Source: Candidatus Saccharimonadales bacterium | Lineage (GTDB): Bacteria; Patescibacteriota; Saccharimonadia; Saccharimonadales; JACDBH01 | DNA length: 64,000 nucleotides | Direction: 5' to 3' | Assembly: GCA_041752595.1 (NCBI GenBank) | Contig: JBGSWE010000006.1 | Span: 2,259-66,258 of the forward strand | In this document: positions 1 to 5,821 of the stretch, one piece after another | Numbering within the stretch: the stretch's first letter is position 1 | Layout: each line of letters begins with the position of its first letter | The notes under the pieces: model-generated | What the model was told of the DNA's origin: nothing | Database searches by the model: none | The model's input: only the letters and a program-made list of their open reading frames with translations | Made by a program: the position numbers and the translations under genes

Positions 1-303
1 GCTCATGCCTTTTGGATTGGCTATGTACTCTGAAGCCGTCCATTCTATCTGATTATTTAGTGGCTGAGGTTCTTGATCGTTATAGTCTTGATTGTAATCT
101 GGTGAATCCGGTGTTTGGAATGGTTGTATTGGTTCTTGTTGTGGTTGTTCTATCGGTGTTTCTACAGCAGCTACAGCCTGTGCAGGAGCTTCTGTATATG
201 ATTCGGCAACAGGAATAGGCTGTGGTAATTCAGCAATAGTTTGTGTTGTTTCTCCGGGTCTTATGACTTGACCTGGTTCATTTTGCTGCGACCCATCTTG
301 CAT
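1..303 (-). CDS. hypothetical Pro/Gln/Glu-rich protein, N-terminal part only (ORF runs off the left edge)
   Basis: ATG at 303..301 opens a stop-free minus-strand frame down to base 1 (MQDGSQQNEPGQVIRPGETTQ...NNQIEWTASEYIANPKGMS). It is absent from the ORF track because it has no stop in the window. Low complexity, no recognisable domain. Confidence 0.35.
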   Translation of the reverse strand, partial: MQDGSQQNEPGQVIRPGETTQTIAELPQPIPVAESYTEAPAQAVAAVETPIEQPQQEPIQPFQTPDSPDYNQDYNDQEPQPLNNQIEWTASEYIANPKGMS

Positions 304-342
304 ATGGCTATTGTACACTAGATTTAAAATCTGTTTAAGGGG

Positions 343-371
343 ATGACAGGAGTTACTTTGACTGGTATAAT
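343..371 (+). promoter_or_regulatory. near-consensus sigma70-type promoter (ATGACA - 17 nt - TGgTATAAT)
   Basis: -35-like ATGACA at 343-348, a 17-nt spacer, and an extended -10 TG-n-TATAAT with TATAAT at 366-371. It points toward the tRNA genes. Confidence 0.3.
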
Positions 372-405
372 CTACATCTGTTATATAGGCTTTAGAAGCA
401 AAATA

Positions 406-440
406 CCAAACCAGGCTGCTTGTCAGCCGTTTGGGATTTT
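406..440 (+). terminator. stem-loop followed by a short T tract (terminator/attenuator-like)
   Basis: ccaaac(ca)ggctg at 406-418 pairs with cagccgtttgg at 424-434 around loop cttgt, followed by gATTTT at 435-440. Confidence 0.3.
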
Positions 441-529
441 GAAAGTAGTGAGCTTGGTTTGATAACAAAATTTATTGGACAAACTTGTTTTGCCAGTAAA
501 TAGGTTATCAAACCTTTACATCACGACGC

Positions 530-622
530 GGAGAGGTACCCAAGTGGCTGAAGGGGACGGTTTGCTAAATCGTTAGTGGGGCGAGAGTTCCAGCGAGGGT
601 TCGAATCCCTCTCTCTCCGCCA
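530..622 (+). tRNA. tRNA-Ser (anticodon GCT)
   Basis: Cloverleaf read by eye: acceptor GGAGAGG/TCTCTCC, anticodon loop tt-GCT-aa, long variable arm, T arm GAGGG-TTCGAAT-CCCTC, encoded CCA. Confidence 0.9.
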
Positions 623-642
623 GAAAATTGGCGCAAAAATAT

Positions 643-732
643 GGAGGAGTCGGATAGTGGTTGAGTCCAGTTGTCTTGAAAACAGCCAAGCCCGAGAGGG
701 TTTCGTGGGTTCGAATCCCACCTCCTCCGCCA
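643..732 (+). tRNA. tRNA-Ser (anticodon TGA)
   Basis: Acceptor GGAGGAG/CTCCTCC, anticodon loop ct-TGA-aa, long variable arm, T arm GTGGG-TTCGAAT-CCCAC, encoded CCA. Confidence 0.9.
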
Positions 733-741
733 AATAGACAG

Positions 742-766
742 TCCATCCCAAGGGATGGATTTTTTA
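742..766 (+). terminator. rho-independent terminator after the tRNA pair
   Basis: tccatccc / gggatgga inverted repeat followed by a T run (760-765). Confidence 0.5.
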
Positions 767-868
767 TTTGTTGATAGTGATTCGAACGGGAGTGCCACTG
801 ACACTCCCCGGTCCCAACGCACCTAGATTTGCCAGAGGCAAAGCGTGGGGTTTTGCGCTAGCAAAAGG

Positions 869-890
869 CGAATCCCACCTCCTCCGCCAA
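869..890 (+). repeat. 22-bp exact direct copy of the 3' end of tRNA-Ser(TGA)
   Basis: cgaatcccacctcctccgccaa occurs at 712-733 (inside the tRNA) and again at 869-890. No matching 5' acceptor strand precedes the second copy. Confidence 0.85.
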
Positions 891-963
891 TAAAAAATGA
901 TCTGCAATTAGTGGGTCATTTTTTATTGCAGATAAAATGACTTCGGGGTTGTATAGTTAAACT

Positions 964-1209
964 ATGAGTCCGAAACAAGAAAGTTCCCCAAACTATAAAG
1001 CCGTGAACTGGCAGAACCATAATAGGCGATTAACACTTGATGAATACCAAGAAATTGAGAGTCGTGTTGCAGGACTACACTTCTCTAAAGAAGGTTTTAT
1101 TAACGATCCTATAGCTATGCAAGGACTCTATGCGGCCGAAGCATTGCTCCGCGAACTACGCATATTGTCACTTGAAATGCCTTTTCCGGATACGGAATAC
1201 GGGGCCTGA
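964..1209 (+). CDS. hypothetical small protein (81 aa)
   Basis: ORF only. It overlaps the comFC 3' end convergently by 82 nt. No motif recognised. Confidence 0.25.
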   Translation: MSPKQESSPNYKAVNWQNHNRRLTLDEYQEIESRVAGLHFSKEGFINDPIAMQGLYAAEALLRELRILSLEMPFPDTEYGA

Positions 1210-1871
1210 GCAAAAATCACAGCGTCGACAGATTTTGCACCGGCTTGTTTTAGCGCCTTGGCGGCCGATTCTATTGTTGCACCAGTAGTTATCACATCAT
1301 CTACTAGCAAAACGTGTTTTTGGTTGACCGATCCTGGATTGATTACATTAAAAACACCTTCCATCTGAGATTGTCTTTGACTCCTAGTTGAACCAACCTG
1401 ACGAGCTTGACCCAAACGGGCTAGGGAAGGCGAAAATTGAAGTTTTGTAAGTATTGCTAAATTTTTTGCAATAACTCTCGCATGATCAAAACCGCGCTGA
1501 CGTGTATGGCTAGTAGCAGACGGTACGTTAATTATTACTACGTCGGGTGACATACTTGGAATAGTGTTCAGTAATTCCTTGGCTATGGTCTCTGCAGCCT
1601 CTACTGAATACTTAAATTTCATTTGGTGTATAAGTTGGCGTGAAATAAGTGAATATTCTGTTCTTACCCAGAGGTGACGAACGACAGTCTTGGGCCTACA
1701 CTTGCTACAAGTAGCTGAATTTCTTGATAAAGCATTGCACTTATAGCAGCGCTATGCAACTTCCGGCAGGGCGGATTCGACGCACCAAGCACAAATAAGC
1801 GAACCTTCTTGGCTACAACTCAAACAGTTAGACGGTGCTAGGGTGCGAAATATTTGTTCAATTAGTCTCAT
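1128..1871 (-). pseudogene. comFC: ComFC-family phosphoribosyltransferase-like competence protein, interrupted by an in-frame TAG
   Basis: ATG at 1871..1869 gives MRLIEQIFRTLAPSNCLSCSQEGSLICAWCVESALPEVA-(TAG at 1754..1752)-RCYKCNALSRNSATCSKCRPK... The same frame continues into track ORF 1128..1622. Cys-X2-Cys zinc-finger pairs and the PRTase motif VLLVDDVITTGAT are present. Confidence 0.7.
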
Positions 1872-1940
1872 AAACCTCCTTTAACTTCTTAGGTGAACAA
1901 GTGTTGTGTATATTATGTTGTGAATATGTATACAAAACCT

Positions 1941-1969
1941 TTGCACGGTGTTGCATATCTAGCTATACT
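1941..1969 (+). promoter_or_regulatory. candidate hsp20 promoter (TTGCAC - 17 nt - TATACT)
   Basis: TTGCAC at 1941-1946 and TATACT at 1964-1969. The SD-like AAGGGGAG lies 2016-2023, before the ATG at 2033. Confidence 0.35.
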
Positions 1970-2032
1970 AGTACTAAGATAAAAAAGCAAATCTTTTAGG
2001 GTAAACAAATTAGTTAAGGGGAGATAAATTAT

Positions 2033-2518
2033 ATGGCAAGACGGAATCACGACGATGACCTCTTGATGGAAGACGAACTGACTGCTGCTTTCTTGGGCGA
2101 TGACGAAATGCCAACCATGCAAGAAGAGCCAGTACAAGATAACCAAGGTACTTCAGGTCCTGCAGCAAGCGACTGGGACGACGAAGAGCCTGTTCCTGGT
2201 CAGTTGGCTGTTGATGTATACGAAACCAAAGACAAGCTAGTCGTAAAAGCTCGCACCGCTGGTGTAAACAAGAACGATTTAGATGTAAGCATTTCAGATA
2301 ACACTCTTAGCGTGCGCGGTACTTTGAGCGCAGGCAACGAAGATGACGTAGAAAACTACTTTGTACAGGAATGTTATTGGGGTGAATTCAGCCGATCAAT
2401 CGCATTACCAGTACCAGTTAAAGAAGAAGAAATCGAAGCTATGCTAAAAGACGGCGTACTTACTATTTCTTTTGCTAAGGTTAAGCAAGATACTGTCAAG
2501 AAGATCGAAATCCTCTAG
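2033..2518 (+). CDS. Hsp20/alpha-crystallin family small heat-shock protein
   Basis: Acidic N-terminus followed by an alpha-crystallin domain (LAVDVYETKDKLVVKARTAGV...LSVRGT...GEFSRSIALPVPV...DGVLTISFAK). Confidence 0.9.
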   Translation: MARRNHDDDLLMEDELTAAFLGDDEMPTMQEEPVQDNQGTSGPAASDWDDEEPVPGQLAVDVYETKDKLVVKARTAGVNKNDLDVSISDNTLSVRGTLSAGNEDDVENYFVQECYWGEFSRSIALPVPVKEEEIEAMLKDGVLTISFAKVKQDTVKKIEIL

Positions 2519-2555
2519 CGGCTTCTGCTGCTTGCACATTTCAGGCAAAAATCTA

Positions 2556-2607
2556 AAAATCCGGAACTCACTGTATCTAGAATACACTTCAAGTTCCGGA
2601 TTTTTTG
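2556..2607. terminator. bidirectional rho-independent terminator between convergent hsp20 and the pilin operon
   Basis: aaaaatccggaac ... gttccggatttttt: a 10-bp stem flanked by an A run and a T run. Confidence 0.7.
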
Positions 2608-2703
2608 TTTTCATCCAGAACTACACTATAGCTGATAACTCTTAGTTGTTTTGGTAGAGTTAGTGTGTCGCACAATTGCTGAAGCTGGCTAGGGTGGGGC
2701 TGA

Positions 2704-3156
2704 CTAGGCAGCTATTACGCGGCCAAGTACAAAGCGCACAATAGTTTGTGACAGTGCAACTATAATTAAACCTATGATTGCATAGAGGATGGTGTTTTTG
2801 GCACTTGATACGTTAGTACTATCGCCAGCAGAGGTAATATATTTGAATCCTCCAATTATGATCATGATTACCGCTACAACACCAACTATCACAGAAAATA
2901 GGTTGATAACGTCGCCAATAAGATCATTAATAGCTTGTGTGGCCTCTTCAGCCGACAGACCGGTGTTGCAAGTAGTTGTAACATCCAGATTAGCACCAGC
3001 GCAGAGACTGTTTTGAATTTCGGCAGTAGTAGCAGTAGAGGGTGGGGCGTCTGCCTCTTGTGGTGGGGTTGTGGACTGGGCAGAGACAGATGTCACACTT
3101 AAGATAACTGTTAATCCAGTCAATAAAGTGGCTGACAAAATTTTAGTAAATGACAT
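2704..3156 (-). CDS. T4SS pilin-like protein (TrbC/VirB2-like), paralog 7
   Basis: Signal peptide (..VTSVSAQS), a two-Cys loop (CAGANLDVTTTC) and a C-terminal TM-loop-TM with GGFKYITSAGDSTNVSSAKNTILYAIIGL. Confidence 0.75.
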   Translation of the reverse strand: MSFTKILSATLLTGLTVILSVTSVSAQSTTPPQEADAPPSTATTAEIQNSLCAGANLDVTTTCNTGLSAEEATQAINDLIGDVINLFSVIVGVVAVIMIIIGGFKYITSAGDSTNVSSAKNTILYAIIGLIIVALSQTIVRFVLGRVIAA

Positions 3157-3196
3157 AATGAACTTATTATATCATATTTTTGCTGAGTGTGAATAC

Positions 3197-3670
3197 CTAA
3201 GCAGTAACTCTAGAAAGTACAAACTTAACGATGAACTGAGACAAGGCTACTATGACTAGACCGATAAGCGCATAGAGGATAGTGTTTTTAGCTGTACCAA
3301 CCTTGTTGCTGTCACCAGCAGAGGTGATGTATAGGAAGCCACCAACGATAATCATGATTACCGCTACAACACCAACAACAACTGAGAAGATGTTTATAAC
3401 ATCTGCTATTAGGCTGTTAACGTTATCGCCGGCACCTGCAGTTGCAGTTGCACAATCTGTTCCGTCTGCGCTAAATTCTAAAGTTGAACCTTCACAAACA
3501 TTGCCTTGAATATCTGCTTGTGCACTTACGCTAACTGCTGACAAAGAAGGGACGGCAACCAATAGGCCAAAGGCTGCGACTGTAATTAGTTGTTTGATTT
3601 TTTGTAACACTGTTTTATTTCCTTGTTTAATTATATCTTTAACATTATTTATACATTGAAAGCATACCAA
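3197..3670 (-). CDS. T4SS pilin-like protein, paralog 6
   Basis: Same architecture (CEGSTLEFSADGTDC; GGFLYITSAGDSNKVGTAKNTILYALIGL). A GTG at 3610 preceded by AAGGAA is an alternative, more signal-peptide-like start. Confidence 0.7.
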   Translation of the reverse strand: MVCFQCINNVKDIIKQGNKTVLQKIKQLITVAAFGLLVAVPSLSAVSVSAQADIQGNVCEGSTLEFSADGTDCATATAGAGDNVNSLIADVINIFSVVVGVVAVIMIIVGGFLYITSAGDSNKVGTAKNTILYALIGLVIVALSQFIVKFVLSRVTA

Positions 3671-4138
3671 TTACAAGCTTGTGATTGCAAGTGTTGTAAT
3701 GATGCTTGCTTCAGGTGGTGGTGGAGAGGTGGCCTCTTTTAGAACAAACTGCACTATCACTTGTGCAAAAACCGCTATAACTAGACCTACTAATGCAAAA
3801 ACTATGGTGTTTTTGGCGCTACTAACCTTGTTGGAATCACCTGCAGACGTTACATATCTAAATCCACCAAAAATCACCATAATAACCGCAACCACACCTA
3901 CGATAACAGATAGAATGTTTATAACGTCGGCAATAATACTTTCGATAGTTGCGGCGGGTGTAGCATCCGAACTCACACAGCCACCCCCGGGATCGGCTTG
4001 CAGCCCAAGACCCTGGCAGGCGGCTGATTTATTAGCGTCACTCACCTGGGCAGAAACTCCACCAACCAACACGCTTAGCAGTAAGGTGACCGTTATTGCC
4101 AATGTTATTAAGATATTGCTTTTTAAACTATTTATCAT
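3671..4138 (-). CDS. T4SS pilin-like protein, paralog 5
   Basis: Signal peptide, CQGLGLQADPGGGC loop, GGFRYVTSAGDSNKVSSAKNTIVFALVGL, and a Pro-rich tail. Confidence 0.75.
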   Translation of the reverse strand: MINSLKSNILITLAITVTLLLSVLVGGVSAQVSDANKSAACQGLGLQADPGGGCVSSDATPAATIESIIADVINILSVIVGVVAVIMVIFGGFRYVTSAGDSNKVSSAKNTIVFALVGLVIAVFAQVIVQFVLKEATSPPPPEASIITTLAITSL

Positions 4139-4148
4139 TTTTGAACTC

Positions 4149-4529
4149 CTATAATCTTCCTATGACGAATATTATTATTGATTGTGATAGTACGGCTAAC
4201 AAGAGTCCGGCAACAGCATAAAGGATGGTGTTTTTGGCAGAATTAACTTTGTTGGCGTCACCAGCAGAGGTGGTGTACTTGAGCCCACCAATAATTACCA
4301 TGATAACCGCCGCAACACCTACAAATATCGAAACTATTTGGGCCGCTCTAAGAATTATGCCGTTTGAGCCTGTTACTGGATCTTCTTGTGGCTGGCATAC
4401 AGCGGAGTCTTGTACGCCGTTACTGCAAACCTGTTCAAATGGATCTAATTGCGCAGATACAGGTATAGAAATTGCCATAATTAATAACAAGCTTAGTGAC
4501 GATATTGCTACTAGAATTTGTTTTAACAT
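4149..4529 (-). CDS. T4SS pilin-like protein, paralog 4
   Basis: Signal peptide (..IPVSAQL), CSNGVQDSAVC loop, GGLKYTTSAGDANKVNSAKNTILYAVAGL. Confidence 0.75.
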   Translation of the reverse strand: MLKQILVAISSLSLLLIMAISIPVSAQLDPFEQVCSNGVQDSAVCQPQEDPVTGSNGIILRAAQIVSIFVGVAAVIMVIIGGLKYTTSAGDANKVNSAKNTILYAVAGLLLAVLSQSIIIFVIGRL

Positions 4530-4531
4530 GT

Positions 4532-4828
4532 TTATATTCTCTCAATCACAAATGTTACTATTGCAAACCCAGACAAAGTAATTGCAAGGCCTATACAAGC
4601 ATAGATTACTGAATCACGAGCTTTTTTAACGCCAGCTGGATCTCCTTGGGATATTGTTAGCTTAAATGCGCTAATAGCAATAACCAGCACAGCTACAGCA
4701 GCAGCTACGCCGAAAAATAACTGAAGCCCATCCGTTAAAACGGGTTGGGTCAACGAATCTTTTGGAATATTTACACTATCACGTGGTATTGAGACTGTTT
4801 GTGCAATGAATTTATGTATATTTATCAT
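4532..4828 (-). CDS. divergent pilin-like two-TM protein, paralog 3
   Basis: It lacks the Cys loop and an obvious cleavable signal but keeps the TM-loop-TM core (AFKLTISQGDPAGVKKARDSVIYACIGL). Confidence 0.55.
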   Translation of the reverse strand: MINIHKFIAQTVSIPRDSVNIPKDSLTQPVLTDGLQLFFGVAAAVAVLVIAISAFKLTISQGDPAGVKKARDSVIYACIGLAITLSGFAIVTFVIERI

Positions 4829-4843
4829 GATTTATTTATAATC

Positions 4844-5305
4844 TTAACTTGTTATTGAACTTGCAACAAAGGCAACTATTCCTGTAGCTAGTAGTGAAAT
4901 AACCAAACCAATAAGTGCGTTTTGTATTGTTTGCCTTGCCGATGCGGCATTATCCGGCTCACCCTGAGAAGTTATAAACTTAAAACCTCCAATAAGCACG
5001 AACACTAGCGCAACAATTGTAGCGACTCGTAATAAGATTTCGATTAGTGCTAAGGCTATCAAACCAGATGCTGCCTGCCAATCAATTTCTCCATCTGTGG
5101 TTGCTGGACCGATAATTGCACAACGGTCACCGTCTCTGGGGCCAATTTCGAGATATCTGTACCAAGTCGGGAAACCCAAAAATGATGCTGAGCCGTCACA
5201 GTCCGCTGCAACTTGAGCGTAAGTTTTTGCAGGCACTACAACAACGTTAGTAAAAACTAAACTGATGGTGATTATTGCAATAACAACCAGATATCTCTTT
5301 ATCAT
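4844..5305 (-). CDS. pilin-like protein, paralog 2
   Basis: Signal peptide, two Cys (DCDGS...DRCAI), FPTWYRYL motif, and the core GGFKFITSQGEPDNAASARQTIQNALIGL. Confidence 0.65.
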   Translation of the reverse strand: MIKRYLVVIAIITISLVFTNVVVVPAKTYAQVAADCDGSASFLGFPTWYRYLEIGPRDGDRCAIIGPATTDGEIDWQAASGLIALALIEILLRVATIVALVFVLIGGFKFITSQGEPDNAASARQTIQNALIGLVISLLATGIVAFVASSITS

Positions 5306-5727
5306 GTTAGCACCCCGCCTGGCACTAAGTAATTTAGGAATCCATACATAAATATAAAGAACAAAAGTGCAATGATTGAATTCCTAATGCGATCCTTGGC
5401 AGCAGAGACTTTTTGCGGATCGCTACCTGCAGAAGAGTACTGAATGCCTGCAAATATCAACGATCCAGCTATTACCACTCCTACAATACCGCTCAAAACG
5501 TTAATGAATAACACTATGTAATCAAGAATGCCGCAGTGATCATCACTACCTTCTGGGGCACCGGCTCTTATGTTATCTCCTTGACAGTCATTTTTTACAA
5601 GCTGTGGCTGATCGCTAGGTGGTGGCGTTGTTTGGGCCATAACTTGTAATGGCATTGCAACAAAAATCGCCCCAACAAGGAGGGAGATGCTAAGTAATGA
5701 AAGTTTTTGTATTTTTGATAACAACAT
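5302..5727 (-). CDS. pilin-like protein, paralog 1 (first gene of the minus-strand operon)
   Basis: Signal peptide (..QVMAQT), two Cys (DCQGDN...DDHCG), and the core AGIQYSSAGSDPQKVSAAKDRIRNSIIAL. ATGA overlap with the next gene. Confidence 0.65.
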   Translation of the reverse strand: MLLSKIQKLSLLSISLLVGAIFVAMPLQVMAQTTPPPSDQPQLVKNDCQGDNIRAGAPEGSDDHCGILDYIVLFINVLSGIVGVVIAGSLIFAGIQYSSAGSDPQKVSAAKDRIRNSIIALLFFIFMYGFLNYLVPGGVLT

Positions 5728-5821
5728 GTAACCGTATTCTACCTTAACAATTATTGAGCGTCAAAAGCTGTGATGTTCAGGTGCTGTAGATATAACCTAT
5801 ATGTGATATATTTAAGCGTAA

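Noticed and set aside
12-218. Plus-strand 68-aa ORF at the left edge.
   Set aside because: It is a low-complexity, Val/Leu-rich antisense frame of the longer minus-strand ORF that starts at 303.
521-822. Minus-strand ORFs 521..751 and 565..822.
   Set aside because: They lie across two well-formed tRNA-Ser genes and a terminator, so the open frames are chance.
776-890. Possibility that this segment is a third tRNA, a tmRNA or another known RNA gene, because it ends with a tRNA-like ...GAATCCCACCTCCTCCGCCA.
   Set aside because: There is no 5' acceptor strand (GGAGGAG) and no D arm or anticodon arm. The acceptor lacks the G:U identity element expected for tmRNA. I kept it only as a repeat or scar finding.
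1752-1754. Stop-codon reassignment (an alternative genetic code) as the explanation for the in-frame TAG in comFC.
   Set aside because: TAG, TAA and TGA all terminate well-supported genes in this window, including ATGA and TAGTG overlaps. A single internal TAG is better explained by a mutation or an error.
2789-4581. Four plus-strand ORFs (2789..3016, 3282..3509, 3681..4154, 4225..4581) that resemble each other (MVFLA...SPAEV.YL.PP...MITATTPT).
   Set aside because: They are antisense shadows of the conserved pilin core. Their mutual similarity simply mirrors the paralogy of the minus-strand genes, which have signal peptides, TM hairpins and operon-like spacing.
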